From sequence record AP025967.1: a stretch of DNA of 64,000 nt; one strand, 5' to 3'. This DNA comes from a plasmid. Positions 48,961 to 59,769 of the stretch are shown here, piece by piece (positions within the stretch are counted from its first letter, which is position 1; the number at the start of each line of letters is the position of its first letter). The notes under the pieces are model-generated. The model did no database searches, had not been told where the DNA came from, and worked only from the letters and a program-made list of their open reading frames with translations. Made by a program: the position numbers and the translations under genes.

Positions 48961-49383
48961 TTACTCTTTTGTATCGTAAATAATTTTGCCCGTAAAGTAA
49001 ATTGAAATGTCCATTTGAACTAAATCTTCTGTTTCTAAGATAGATAAATAACCAGAATACAATACTTGATTATACCCGTATAATTCATCTACAATTTCAA
49101 AGCTATAGTTTTTGTATCTCTTTATAAAGCGTTCCAGTTCTAATTTCTCACCGTTGAATTTTCCATAGTTTCCCCATTTGCTCTGCAACATAACGCAGGT
49201 ACAATCAAAATCCACACCTTCGATTGTGATGTTTCCCTCGACCTGTTCAAAAGGTTCTGTAAGTTTTTCATATCCGTCCTCGAATTCAAGGACTATTGTT
49301 TTATCTTGAATTATAATCTTTTTGACCCGCATATCATGCAGACTATATGGAATGGGCGGATTGTGTTTATATTCTGTCCTCAT
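48961..49383 (-). CDS. hypothetical protein, 140 aa, within the island
   Basis: ORF, ~40% GC. Confidence 0.4.
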   Translation of the reverse strand: MRTEYKHNPPIPYSLHDMRVKKIIIQDKTIVLEFEDGYEKLTEPFEQVEGNITIEGVDFDCTCVMLQSKWGNYGKFNGEKLELERFIKRYKNYSFEIVDELYGYNQVLYSGYLSILETEDLVQMDISIYFTGKIIYDTKE

Positions 49384-49421
49384 GAGACCTCCCCGTCAAA
49401 TTCTAATTTATCGATTTCTTT

Positions 49422-50346
49422 TTACTTACTAATCATACCATACAACAGCATAAGAAACACTAAAATATTGCAGACCATACCGCCCCAAAACAGGTACAAC
49501 TTCAAGCCCTCATATCTAAAAAAACTGTTCTTACTTTCCTCAAGCTCCCGGATCTTCTGCTTCATCACGCTCGTAAGTGTATCAGACTGCTTCTCAAGAA
49601 GCTTTGTAGCCCTCTGTATAGCCTCTATATTCGCCTGTAACGCCTTTCTAACCTCTTGGACGGTGTTTTCCTTAACCTCATCTTTCAGGCTCCCAATCTC
49701 GCCCGATATAGCGTCTTGAAGCAATTCGTTGCTGTTCTTCAGCAGCTCTACGCTCTGCTTCAGCTCGCTGATGAGCTTCCTGTTCTGCTCTGCGTCTCTC
49801 TGCCTGTTCTGCTCTGCCCTCACTTGTTCTTGATTTGACTGCTTCATCAATTCCTCGCAGTTCTCGCTCGACATCGCCAACGCTTCTTTGAGCAGACTGT
49901 TTTCCAGCTCTGTCCGGCTCTGTCGGTTTAACTCTTGAAGCTGCTCTCTTGGACTGCTCTGCTTCTGCTGTTCGTGCATTTCTCTCAAACTCATGCTCCA
50001 TACTCTCCTTTCCAAAATCCATATTGTAGTATTTTTCCAGCTTGTTATCCCTGATTTTACAAGCCTTTTCTCCTGCCTGTTCCCTGGCTAAGTCGGTATA
50101 TGTGATGTACTTGTGGCTGTCCTGCCAGTCCACCCCGTACCCTCTTTCATTCATCAGCCGGATAAAGGTTTCCCGGCTGGTCGCTGTTTCCTTACAATCC
50201 AGCACCGCAAGGGCAATATCCTGCACATAGCTTTTGACCTTTCCCTGCTCTGCCTGTTTCAAAAGCTGGTAGGTGTCTTTGCTCCATGCCACCGTTTCTT
50301 CCCGGACTTCTCCAGCAAATGTCTTTCCTTTCTCCGGCACATGCAA
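49422..50346 (-). pseudogene. Mobilisation (Mob/Pre-like) protein fragment in two overlapping frames
   Basis: ORF 49678-50346 has an E/R/A/Q-rich tail. ORF 49422-50015 is a coiled coil plus a C-terminal transmembrane helix. They overlap by 338 bp in different frames. No N-terminal relaxase motif was found. Confidence 0.3.
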
Positions 50347-50543
50347 GCCCTGTTCCCAGCTCTGCTCGTTGCACCGTTCCTTTAAGTCTTTAAGGTCGTG
50401 CTTACTCAGAGGGTAATTTAGGGTATAACAAAATAACCCACCCGAATATCGTTTTTTTTATTTGGTGAGTTTGTTCTTTCAAATACGAAACAAAAAGAGC
50501 CGATGATTCGTGAATTGTTCCACAATTTCATCGGCTCTGCGTC

Positions 50544-50714
50544 TTAAGCGTCTGGCTCTTTGATGACAGTTATCTTCAAGTTGTCAACTTTAATCAATCT
50601 TTCTTGTCTGCATTTTGGACAATAAAGGGGATAATTCTCCAAAACAGTGTCCTTCCTAATTTTATTACGGGTTTTGCTCCCACAAACAGGACACAATATC
50701 CATTCGCATTTCAT
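50544..50714 (-). CDS. Cysteine-rich KTR small protein, 56 aa
   Basis: MKCEWILCPVCGSKTRNKIRKDTVLENYPLYCPKCRQERLIKVDNLKITVIKEPDA. CPxC...CPKC pattern. This is the type of gene found just downstream of tet(M)/tet(O) in Tn916-like contexts. Confidence 0.6.
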   Translation of the reverse strand: MKCEWILCPVCGSKTRNKIRKDTVLENYPLYCPKCRQERLIKVDNLKITVIKEPDA

Positions 50715-50768
50715 CATAATTAGTCTCTAATCCTTTCAAATCTCATTTTATATGACTTTTGCAAGCTG

Positions 50769-52688
50769 TTAAGCTAACTTGTGGAACATATGCCGAACCT
50801 TATCTATACGGCTATTCGGGCGGCGGGGTTGGCAAATAAATTTACCAATAGCTGGCTGGTATCCTTTTAACTCTGTCAAGCAGACTCCCTGCCCATTTGT
50901 GAAATAAGTTAAATCGTTCCTGTATTCTTGAATACATCTAGCAGGGATTTCTCCTTTCAGAATGACCTCGTCATTCTTTATCTGAGTACTTACAATATCT
51001 GCACAATACCTTGGAGCATCATGATACGCCCGTGAGAGATATTCCTGCGGTGCATAAATTTCAAAGTGGAGATATGGCTCTAATAGTTCTGTCCCTGCTT
51101 TTTTTAAAGCCTGCTCCAATACGATAGGGGAAAGCAGCCGAAAGTCTGCGGGGGTACTTACAGGACTATAATACAATCCATATTCAAAACAGATTTTACA
51201 GTCTGTCACTTTCCATCCATACAGCCCCTGCTCGCAGCCATAAAGAACCCCCTCCATAACCGCATTTTGGAACGATTGATTTAAATATCCAAGTGAAACT
51301 CTGCTTTCATACTGCACTCCGCTTCCAATAGGGAGCGGCTCTATGGACAACCCGACAGAAGCCCAGAAAGGATTTGGCGGGACTTCTATGTGGATGGTAT
51401 ATTCTGCTTTTCTAAGCGGTCTTTCCATATATATAACAGTAGGCTCTTTTATTTCTGCCTCCACATGATATTTTTCCTCAAGGATGGCACAAATGACTTC
51501 CATCTGCACATTCCCCAAAAAAGAAAGTATAATCTCATGCGTTGTAGTATCCACATAATATTTTAAAAGAGGGTCGCAATCTGAAATTTCTGTAAGTGCC
51601 CCAAGCAATATTTCCCGCTGTTCAGATTTCTTTACTGCAATCGTTGTTTGGATCATAGGGAGAGGATTTTCAATAAATTTTCTCTGCGGCAACAGTATTT
51701 CGTTCCCCAAAATACTGTTTAGCTGCAAAACATCATTTGGTAAAATTACAATATCACCAGAGCAGGCTGTATCGGATGAATATAATTCACCGTTTGTCGG
51801 AACATACATCTCTGTGATTTTTATTTTCTCTTTTTCAGATATTCTAATAACATCCCTCAAATGCAATGTTCCGCTATATATACGCACATAAACAAAACGC
51901 CGCCTTTTCTCTGAATATTCAATCTTAAAAACCTGCCCGCATAGTTCAGATTGACCTTCAGGCGTTGATGAATAAAATTTACTGGCAATTACTTCTATAA
52001 GCTGCCGAATCCCCAGATTGTTTTTAGCGCTTCCGTGATAAACGGGAAATAACGTTCCGTTTTGGAATCTCCTGTTTTCTTCCTGTTCCAGTTCTGACAT
52101 TTTAAACGGTTTCCCTGACATATATTTCTCTAATAGTTCATCGTTTCCCATAATTACCGCATCCCACTGTTCCATATCGTCATTGTCCGTTACATTTATA
52201 TGGGGATGCTGCCCAACCTTTTGCTTCACTATAATTTCCGAAGAAAGCTTTGCTTTCATTTCCCGATATACCATTGGCAAATCAATCCCCTCTTGGTCAA
52301 TTTTATTGATGAAAAAAATTGTCGGAATCTTCATTATCTGTAGTGCATGAAACAGTATACGGGTCTGTGCCTGTATGCCATCCTTTGCAGAAACTAATAA
52401 TACTGCTCCGTCTAATGCGGATAAAGAACGGTATACTTCCGCCAAAAAATCCATATGGCCTGGCGTATCTATAATGTTGACTTTTACATCCTCCCACTGA
52501 AAAGATGTCACTGCTGTCTGGATAGTGATTCCCCTTTGACGCTCCAAATTCATTGTATCTGTCCTTGTTGTGCCTTCATCTACGCTCCCTAGTTCTGCAA
52601 TTGCACCACTGGTATACAATAAACTTTCCGTTAATGTTGTCTTTCCTGCGTCAACGTGAGCCAGAATGCCTAAGTTAATTATTTTCAT
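50769..52688 (-). CDS. tet(O): Tetracycline-resistance ribosomal protection protein Tet(O), 639 aa
   Basis: N-terminus [44 protein letters not shown] matches Tet(O) rather than Tet(M) (MKIINIGVLAH...). GTPase G1-G4 motifs; length 639 aa. Confidence 0.95.
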   Translation of the reverse strand: MKIINLGILAHVDAGKTTLTESLLYTSGAIAELGSVDEGTTRTDTMNLERQRGITIQTAVTSFQWEDVKVNIIDTPGHMDFLAEVYRSLSALDGAVLLVSAKDGIQAQTRILFHALQIMKIPTIFFINKIDQEGIDLPMVYREMKAKLSSEIIVKQKVGQHPHINVTDNDDMEQWDAVIMGNDELLEKYMSGKPFKMSELEQEENRRFQNGTLFPVYHGSAKNNLGIRQLIEVIASKFYSSTPEGQSELCGQVFKIEYSEKRRRFVYVRIYSGTLHLRDVIRISEKEKIKITEMYVPTNGELYSSDTACSGDIVILPNDVLQLNSILGNEILLPQRKFIENPLPMIQTTIAVKKSEQREILLGALTEISDCDPLLKYYVDTTTHEIILSFLGNVQMEVICAILEEKYHVEAEIKEPTVIYMERPLRKAEYTIHIEVPPNPFWASVGLSIEPLPIGSGVQYESRVSLGYLNQSFQNAVMEGVLYGCEQGLYGWKVTDCKICFEYGLYYSPVSTPADFRLLSPIVLEQALKKAGTELLEPYLHFEIYAPQEYLSRAYHDAPRYCADIVSTQIKNDEVILKGEIPARCIQEYRNDLTYFTNGQGVCLTELKGYQPAIGKFICQPRRPNSRIDKVRHMFHKLA

Positions 52689-52731
52689 GTGATTTTCCTC
52701 CTATCAACACCCAAAAAAGGGCATAAAAATA

Positions 52732-52760
52732 CCCAGTGATAAATACTCCTATCACTGGGT
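52732..52760 (-). promoter_or_regulatory. Leader hairpin (ACCCAGUGAUA / UAUCACUGGGU) plus U-run, 45-75 nt upstream of the tet(O) ATG. Attenuator-like.
   Basis: Inverted repeat followed by UAUUUUUAU on the tet(O) strand. tet(M)-type genes are controlled by leader attenuation. Confidence 0.45.
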
Positions 52761-52968
52761 AAATAACTCCAATAGCCCCAAAACACTTATATGTTTTCGG
52801 GCATATAAAATCACATGATAAAAGTATTCTTAAACTGGGTACAAAAAACTAAGCCCCATATTAAAAGTGAAACGGGACTGCTACTTTTTGTTCCCACTAT
52901 CAAATTGACAGTTTATTTAAGAATACCTTGCCGCATATTTATTAACTCCTTGTATAATACTGAATCTA

Positions 52969-52997
52969 ATTATATTCCTTAACCCTTTATTTGTCAA
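52969..52997 (-). promoter_or_regulatory. Consensus promoter for tet(O) (TTGACA-17-TATAAT on the minus strand), ~280 nt upstream of the ATG
   Basis: Plus 52992-52997 tgtcaa and 52969-52974 attata, with a 17-bp spacer. Confidence 0.55.
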
Positions 52998-53017
52998 GCT
53001 GACAAACTAAAGCAGAA

Positions 53018-53045
53018 AAAGCGGCAGGATTTCCCCCTGCCACTA
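53018..53045 (-). terminator. Rho-independent terminator (GGCAGG...CCUGCC then UUUUUCUGCUUU) ending the upstream minus-strand genes
   Basis: Read directly on the reverse complement. Confidence 0.5.
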
Positions 53046-53244
53046 ATCATCTGTTTATGCAAAAATAATTTCCAAGTTTTACTTCTGTAAAAATAAAATG
53101 TTCTTCATCGTTTTCGCAATAAAAAACAATATTAGAATACTCATTGGCTTTAAGTAGTAAATCTAAAATTTTCAAGTCTTCCTTTGAAATTTGTATGTGT
53201 AAATCTGTAATTTTGTTTGTATTCATTTTAACTCCTTGTATTTT

Positions 53245-54666
53245 TTAAACAGCTTTCAGGCTTTTTTCAACAAAATTTATAACTTCTTTATTTGCAAATT
53301 CATTATATTTTGCTTTGATTTCCTTAATTGCAAATTTATTTTTTCTTTTGAAAATTTCCAATGTATAAACTCCTCCTTCGTAATTTAAACTATAAATGGC
53401 ACTTAAGCCGTCTTCAATTTCTCTTCTTCTTGTATAAACGCAATTTTTTTGCTCCATTCCGTGCAAGTAAAGTTCTTTATGCGTTTCTATTAGTTTAAAT
53501 TCTTCTGGAAGTTTTAAATTGATAAAATCTTCTTTAATTTTAAGTTTTTTATTTTTTGGAATTTGTTTTTTTTCTAATTCTATCGTTAAAACATTATGTT
53601 CGTTTGTTATTCTATTTATAGAATTAATGTTAAGGTTAATTAAATTATTTGTTTCATAGCTTAATTTAATATAATCATTTATTAGTATATAAATTTCAAG
53701 AAATTCATTTTGATAGCTTTCTTTCTGTGGTTTTAATTTGTGATACAATAAAAATGAGGCAATATTAATAATTTTGTATTTTTTTCTTTTGTATTTTATT
53801 TTAATAAAATGCTCGTTGGCAAAATTATTATTAATAAAATCAATATAATCATATATTAATTTGTTATTCTCCAAAACAAATTTATACAATTTATTCTGTT
53901 CGTTTTTTGCAATAAAATTTAAAGAAATTGCAAAAGATAAAGCCAAGTGGATATCAAATTTATTTAGATTGAAATTAATTTTAGTATTTAATGATTTTTC
54001 TATAACTTCTTGAACGCTATGACAATTGATTAAAACATTAAAATCTATTCTTAAAAGCTTATATATTTCAAAAGAATGATTTTCTTTGATATTTTTAAAA
54101 TCTTTGGCAATATAAGGATTTATTTTTTCTAAATAGTTAAAATAATAATTTTTTAAAATATTATTTTCTAATAAAAAAACAAGATTAAAACCCTTGCTTT
54201 GAATTTTTCTATATTTAAAGGTAATTAAGCTATTATCTTTTTGTATGATGAAATGTTTTTTATTATAAATGTTACTAATATCAAAACTTTCTCTATCCAA
54301 TGAATTTATTTTAAAACTAAAAACAAGTTCCGTAAATGAAATTTCTTTATTTTCAAAATTTAATGCGTAAAAAATATTTTGATTAAATTCAAATTCACTA
54401 TAAGAAAAGTCAAAATTTATATCTTTGACTTTTTCTAGTATTTTTTGAGCGAATTCAAAAGTTTTTTTATGTGTCAAAAATATTCCATTAGCTATGCCAT
54501 ATTTTTTTATAATAAAAATATAATCTTTTGGAATGCTTTTAATAAAAAGCAAAAAATTTTCATCTTTTAACCATTCTTTTAAGGTTGTATTTTTAGTATT
54601 TTCAAAATCTAAAAACTCATAGCCATTAAGCAACAAGCATTGATTATATTTATTTTTTTCTTCCAT
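53245..54666 (-). CDS. hypothetical plasmid protein, 473 aa
   Basis: ORF; AT-rich host-type composition. Confidence 0.4.
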   Translation of the reverse strand: MEEKNKYNQCLLLNGYEFLDFENTKNTTLKEWLKDENFLLFIKSIPKDYIFIIKKYGIANGIFLTHKKTFEFAQKILEKVKDINFDFSYSEFEFNQNIFYALNFENKEISFTELVFSFKINSLDRESFDISNIYNKKHFIIQKDNSLITFKYRKIQSKGFNLVFLLENNILKNYYFNYLEKINPYIAKDFKNIKENHSFEIYKLLRIDFNVLINCHSVQEVIEKSLNTKINFNLNKFDIHLALSFAISLNFIAKNEQNKLYKFVLENNKLIYDYIDFINNNFANEHFIKIKYKRKKYKIINIASFLLYHKLKPQKESYQNEFLEIYILINDYIKLSYETNNLINLNINSINRITNEHNVLTIELEKKQIPKNKKLKIKEDFINLKLPEEFKLIETHKELYLHGMEQKNCVYTRRREIEDGLSAIYSLNYEGGVYTLEIFKRKNKFAIKEIKAKYNEFANKEVINFVEKSLKAV

Positions 54667-54771
54667 AATTTACCTCCTCTCAAAAAATATTTTTACATAA
54701 TCATAAAATTCTTTATATTTGAAAAATATTATTTATTAATATTAATTAAAATAAATTAATATTTATTAATA

Positions 54772-56802
54772 TTATACATTTATTATTTTAGGTTTTCCAT
54801 TATCGTCATAATACATAGCCTTGCAACCTTGTTTAAATTCACTACAACCCCACCACCAACTATTACCATTTTTACTTTTTATTCTTTGTAAAAATCCTTT
54901 ATTGCATTGCGGACATTGAATTTTTGGTTTGTTTTCATTATCTAGTATTTTAAACTCTTGATTTTTATCAATTCTTTGAATTTCGCTAATTACTTCTTTT
55001 GTGATTTCTTCTAAGAATTGTTCTCTTCTTAATTCTGATATTTCTATCATTTTTTGTTGCTCAAACCACAATGCTGTCATGTCAGGAGTAATAAGTGATT
55101 TTGGAGAAAGTTTAATTAAATCTCTACCTTTTTTAGTGGATTTGATAATTTGTTTTTTATCTTTACTTACTTCTATATACTCTCTTTCAATTAATGTTTT
55201 TATATGATTAGATCTTGTTGCAGGTGTTCCTATACCACCACTTTCACCTTTTTTGTCTTTGTCTTTTTCAATCAGTAATTTTTTAATTCTTTCATCAGAC
55301 ACATACTTTGCGACACTATTTAAATCTTTAAGTAGCGTTGTCATAGTGTAGTAAGGGCGTGGCTTTGTTTGCTTTTTTTCAATTTGTATCAAAGAGCATT
55401 TTGCAATATCACCATTTTTTAAGATAGATAAATCGTTTATATCATTCTCATTATTTTCTTGTTCCTCTTCGCTATCTATATTTTGCCAAAGACTTCTAAA
55501 ACCACTTTTTGTTGTCTTGTTTTGAGTAGCGGTAAAAATTCTTTGATTTACTTCTAAATTAATTGTAGTAGTTTGATATTCTCTAGGATGAAAGAATTGG
55601 ATAATAAATCTTTTAGCGATTAGATTGTAAACGACTAATTCATCTTGAGTTAATTGCGATGAAATTTTATTTTGGGTAGGGATTATTCCATAGTGTGCTG
55701 AAATGTTAGCATCGTTAAAAGCCTTGCTTTTTATTGTTAAATCACTGCTAGCAATGAGAGCTTGAATTTCATCATTAGAATTTAAATTTTCCTTTATAAT
55801 ATTTAAAATATTTGGTGCTTGTTCAAACATTGTTTCAGGTAAATATTGACAATCTGATCTATTATAAGTTATAGCCTTATGTTTTTCTCTTAAATTTTGA
55901 GTGATTTCTAATGTTTTATCAGGGCTAAAACCAAAAAGTTTTGCACATTCAGCTTGTAAAACAAGTAGGTTATAAGGTAGCGGTGGATATTCTTTTTTGT
56001 TTTCTATTTTTAAATTAATTTTTGCATTTTGGTTTTCACAAGATTCTTTGATCTCTTTAGCTAAATTTTCATCTAAAATTTTATCTTCTGTTTTCAATCT
56101 TGCTTTAATAGTATTATTGTTGATATTAAAATCACCTAGCAAAGAATAATAATTTATACTTTTAAAATTTTCAAATTCTTTATCTCTATTAACTATAAGA
56201 GCCAAAATAGGCGTTTGAACTCTACCTACGCTTAAAATGCCCTCATATCCATTTTTTCGTGCCATTATGGTATACGCCCTAGTAAGATTTATGCCTACTA
56301 TCCAATCTGCTTGACTTCTTGCAAAACCTCTTTCGCTCATTCCTTTAAAATCTGCATTTGGCTTAATTTTTGCTATTTCTTCTTTTACTGCTTTTGGTGT
56401 TAAATCATTAATTAAAACCCTAAATACAGGTTTAGAAGTTTTGGAGTATTGAATAATTTCATCAACAAGAATTTGACCCTCATCATCCGCATCCCCACAA
56501 TTTACAATAGAAGTAATCTTGTCGCTATGGATTAAATCGCAAATAATTTTTAATTGTTTTTTACTTTCTTTTTTGGGTAAGTATTTAAATTCTTTAATGG
56601 GTAGTGGTAAGTCTTCAAGTTTCCATAACTTATATTTTTCATCATATTCTTCAGGTTTAGCAAGCTCTAGAATATGTCCAAAAGCCCAAGTAACAATATT
56701 ATCACCTTTTTGTATATATCCTTCTCCGCTTTTATAATTGCCATCTAGTCCTTCTGCAATTGCTTTACCAAGTTCGGGTTTTTCAGCTATAAATAATCTC
56801 AT
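54772..56802 (-). CDS. topB: Type IA DNA topoisomerase (topoisomerase III-like, plasmid-type) with a C-terminal zinc ribbon
   Basis: N-terminal toprim (MRLFIAEKPELGKAIAEGL). C-terminal CPQC...C...C. Confidence 0.85.
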   Translation of the reverse strand: MRLFIAEKPELGKAIAEGLDGNYKSGEGYIQKGDNIVTWAFGHILELAKPEEYDEKYKLWKLEDLPLPIKEFKYLPKKESKKQLKIICDLIHSDKITSIVNCGDADDEGQILVDEIIQYSKTSKPVFRVLINDLTPKAVKEEIAKIKPNADFKGMSERGFARSQADWIVGINLTRAYTIMARKNGYEGILSVGRVQTPILALIVNRDKEFENFKSINYYSLLGDFNINNNTIKARLKTEDKILDENLAKEIKESCENQNAKINLKIENKKEYPPLPYNLLVLQAECAKLFGFSPDKTLEITQNLREKHKAITYNRSDCQYLPETMFEQAPNILNIIKENLNSNDEIQALIASSDLTIKSKAFNDANISAHYGIIPTQNKISSQLTQDELVVYNLIAKRFIIQFFHPREYQTTTINLEVNQRIFTATQNKTTKSGFRSLWQNIDSEEEQENNENDINDLSILKNGDIAKCSLIQIEKKQTKPRPYYTMTTLLKDLNSVAKYVSDERIKKLLIEKDKDKKGESGGIGTPATRSNHIKTLIEREYIEVSKDKKQIIKSTKKGRDLIKLSPKSLITPDMTALWFEQQKMIEISELRREQFLEEITKEVISEIQRIDKNQEFKILDNENKPKIQCPQCNKGFLQRIKSKNGNSWWWGCSEFKQGCKAMYYDDNGKPKIINV

Positions 56803-57039
56803 TTTTGCCTTTCAAAAATCTTATCTTATTGTTTGCTATATTATTAATAAATATTAGAAAATAATAGTTATTAATGTTATATATTATTAATTTAAATATA
56901 CTATTTTAAAGATATTGATATTTTTTTGCTATCGATTTTTCTATAGTTTGATTTTTTGTAAAACTACTCATCTTGTCAAAAAATAACTTTTAAATTTGTT
57001 ATTTATAGTTACTATTAATAAATAATAATAACTATAAAT

Positions 57040-57060
57040 ATGCACCTTTATGAGGTGCAT
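57040..57060 (-). terminator. Palindromic hairpin (ATGCACC / GGTGCAT) after the stop codon of the 206-aa gene
   Basis: Read directly; followed by an A/U-rich stretch. Confidence 0.45.
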
Positions 57061-57064
57061 ATTT

Positions 57065-57685
57065 TTATCTTCCAAACTCTTGGTTTTGAGTTTTTTCAGG
57101 CTCTTTAATTTCTTGAGTTTGCTGTATTTGTTGTTCTTGTTTTTGTGCTTTCATTTCAGCTTCATTAACAATTCTAATTCCAGCATTTGAAATTACAGCT
57201 ATAAACTCATTACCTTTTTCTTTAAGTTCCTGTTTTAATTCTTCATTGTAAAGCCTTACATTAGTTTCTAAATAGTGACTTTTAGTTCCATCTTGGTTTT
57301 GGTGTTCTATAATCCCAATTCCTTCAATTAATTCTTTTGCAGCTTCTCGCTTTTGATTAATTGTATAGTAAAAATAACCTTGCTCATTTATGTTAGAGTT
57401 GATATATATGAAATCATCTCTATTTTGTGAATTTGTAGGTTTTAAAACTATATTGTGAGTTTTTTCATCTCTATTAACAAAATAGTTTTTCCACTCATCA
57501 TTTATTTTTGCTGAAAAAAGCACAGCTCCGTGTTCCATTGCAGCAACTTGTCCAGCTTCTTTAATAACATCGATTAAAGCAGTATCTACTTTTCTTTGTT
57601 GAATATCACCTTCTTTATTCTTGTAGTTTAAAGCATTATTGGTATCAATAACAATCTTATCATTTACTAATTTTCCAAATGCCAT
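57065..57685 (-). CDS. hypothetical plasmid protein, 206 aa
   Basis: ORF. Confidence 0.4.
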   Translation of the reverse strand: MAFGKLVNDKIVIDTNNALNYKNKEGDIQQRKVDTALIDVIKEAGQVAAMEHGAVLFSAKINDEWKNYFVNRDEKTHNIVLKPTNSQNRDDFIYINSNINEQGYFYYTINQKREAAKELIEGIGIIEHQNQDGTKSHYLETNVRLYNEELKQELKEKGNEFIAVISNAGIRIVNEAEMKAQKQEQQIQQTQEIKEPEKTQNQEFGR

Positions 57686-57755
57686 TTTTTCTCCTTTTTA
57701 AATTTTTTATGATTTGTTTTTGTTTTTTGCATTTTTTTGTATATAATTGTTCTGT

Positions 57756-58577
57756 TCATTCACCTCCTTGTAGTGTGATTTGAATACTATTTTTATTCTC
57801 ATTGAAAATAGTTTTTTTGTTTTTTGCAAAGCTCAAGGTAAAGCTTCCTTTACTATTTTCATCAATAGAGATAGTGGCTAAACCTTGAGTGATTGTGCTT
57901 ACTCTTTCTTTTAAATTGTTATATTCTGAATATTTTATATAAGTAAGCAAAATTAAAATGCCAAGAGCTATACCTAACCCTATAGAAGTAAAACTAAAAA
58001 ATATAAGATACCATTTTGTATTTTTTGTCATTTTTGTAAAAATTTCTGAAAATGTATTCAATTTTTGTTTTCCATCTTCAACAAAATGATCAAGAAAAGT
58101 ATTATAATTTTTTGCATTATGAGAAAGTTTATATTCTACTATTTCGCAAAATTTATTAATTTGCTCGTTATATTGTTTAAGTTTATCATCCAATGATATT
58201 TTTTGAATTTCATTAGCAAATTTAGCAAAATCTTCCATTGTTTTTTTAATAGAAATGGTTTTATTAATAATTTCTTTCTCTTCATCATTAGGAGGATTTT
58301 TAAAATAAGAAATAAGAGCTAAATAGGTATTATCTAGCTCTATAATATTGCTTTCTAAATCTTTAAAAATACCATCTTCTGTATTATTTTGTGCATTTTG
58401 CTTACCAACATTAATTTTAGCAATAATTATTTTTATAAGATTTTCAAATTTTTCCAATAATTCATTATAGTTTTGCATAGCTATATTTTTTGAATTATCT
58501 TCATTAACTATTTCAAAAAGATTATTTTCGTTAGAATTAATTTCTTCATTCATTGTTATTTCTCGTTTATCCAGCAA
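57756..58577 (-). CDS. hypothetical protein with a C-terminal transmembrane helix, 273 aa
   Basis: ORF. Confidence 0.4.
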   Translation of the reverse strand: MLDKREITMNEEINSNENNLFEIVNEDNSKNIAMQNYNELLEKFENLIKIIIAKINVGKQNAQNNTEDGIFKDLESNIIELDNTYLALISYFKNPPNDEEKEIINKTISIKKTMEDFAKFANEIQKISLDDKLKQYNEQINKFCEIVEYKLSHNAKNYNTFLDHFVEDGKQKLNTFSEIFTKMTKNTKWYLIFFSFTSIGLGIALGILILLTYIKYSEYNNLKERVSTITQGLATISIDENSKGSFTLSFAKNKKTIFNENKNSIQITLQGGE

Positions 58578-59320
58578 TCTTTTTTAATAATTATTTTTTG
58601 ATAATAAGCAATATCGATTCTATAATACTTGCCAAATCCTTCTTGTTTTCTTTTATTAGCAGGTAGTTTAATAAATTCTCCATAACTTATAGGAGTTAAT
58701 TTTTCTCCTTGTTCTCTTTGCGATACAGGTAAAGCATTATAAATTTCTTGTGATACTTCTTTTAATTCATAACCTCTTTCCCAATCTTTTTGCTCATAAA
58801 ATTTCTTATCGCAAGTATATTTTAAATGATAATCTGTGTATTTTGATGAAGCTAAAAGTTTGCAAGAGTTTGTAAGTTCAGGATTTATTCTAAATCCATA
58901 AGTTTTTATTTCTACGCATTCTCTTGATCCATTATGCCCACCACCAGTGCATATTTTTTCAACTTTTAAAGGTTGTTTTGATTTTTCAATTCTTTGATTT
59001 AATGCAGTTGTAGAGCATTCTCCATCTAAGTTAACTAAAATATCATTTTTATATTTATACATTTCTGGATCATTTGTTGTGTCAATAGGACACAAATTTA
59101 AAAATTCTTTCCTTGCTTGGATAGTTTTCCAAGGTTTTTTAAAGTGAATGCTAAAATATTTTGCTAAAGAAGATGCACATTCAGGTGGTTTAACTGGACT
59201 TGCTAAACAAAGAATTACTTCGCAAGAAGTTCTAGTATCACCAGATAGTAATTGCAAATCTAAAGCATTAACACTATTTATTACACCAAAAACACAAAAT
59301 GGGAATAATATTTTTTTCAT
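58556..59320 (-). CDS. Secreted Cys-rich protein, 254 aa (T4SS-associated candidate)
   Basis: Signal peptide MKKILFPFCVFGVINSVNA. Confidence 0.4.
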   Translation of the reverse strand: MKKILFPFCVFGVINSVNALDLQLLSGDTRTSCEVILCLASPVKPPECASSLAKYFSIHFKKPWKTIQARKEFLNLCPIDTTNDPEMYKYKNDILVNLDGECSTTALNQRIEKSKQPLKVEKICTGGGHNGSRECVEIKTYGFRINPELTNSCKLLASSKYTDYHLKYTCDKKFYEQKDWERGYELKEVSQEIYNALPVSQREQGEKLTPISYGEFIKLPANKRKQEGFGKYYRIDIAYYQKIIIKKDCWINEK

Positions 59321-59331
59321 TTTTCTCTCCT

Positions 59332-59769
59332 TTAAAAATTTGTTTTATTAAAAAATAAAATATTAACTTTGTTAAAATCACGCTCAATAGGATTGACAGG
59401 CTGTAATTCTATAGGTGCTAAAACTTGATTTTTTTCAAAGTATTGCTTATATTGTTCAATTAAATCTTTTCTACCTACTAAAATGATTTTTGTAGAATTG
59501 TGTGCGAGTAAAAAAGTTTTAGTAATAAGATCATTTTTAATAAAATCATCATCTATAGTTTTTTTCTCAACCACGATATGATAAGTCCAATTAAATCCGC
59601 TCAAATAAGGATCTTTAGGAACAAAGCTATATTTTTTCTCCAAAATAGAATTATTGATACTCAATGCAGAATTATCATCCAATTCTTTTGGTTTTGGGGC
59701 TGTAGAACAACCCACCATTATAAAAACTAAAGCCATTATGGCTAAATTGTCAAGCGATTTTTTTATCAT
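59332..59769 (-). CDS. Lipoprotein, 145 aa
   Basis: Lipobox IMVGCS. Confidence 0.45.
   Translation of the reverse strand: MIKKSLDNLAIMALVFIMVGCSTAPKPKELDDNSALSINNSILEKKYSFVPKDPYLSGFNWTYHIVVEKKTIDDDFIKNDLITKTFLLAHNSTKIILVGRKDLIEQYKQYFEKNQVLAPIELQPVNPIERDFNKVNILFFNKTNF

Larger units (their letters stand above)
47670..53045. mobile_element. Foreign GC-rich (~50% vs ~27%) island carrying tet(O), likely of Gram-positive origin
   Basis: Sharp compositional shift at ~47670. Cargo: rep/PrimPol-like gene, Mob fragments, a cysteine-rich KTR gene, tet(O) with its leader. The right edge is near the terminator at 53018-53045. Confidence 0.7.

Noticed and set aside
52303-52497. 64-aa ORF inside tet(O)
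   Set aside because: Same-strand internal frame of tet(O). Spurious.
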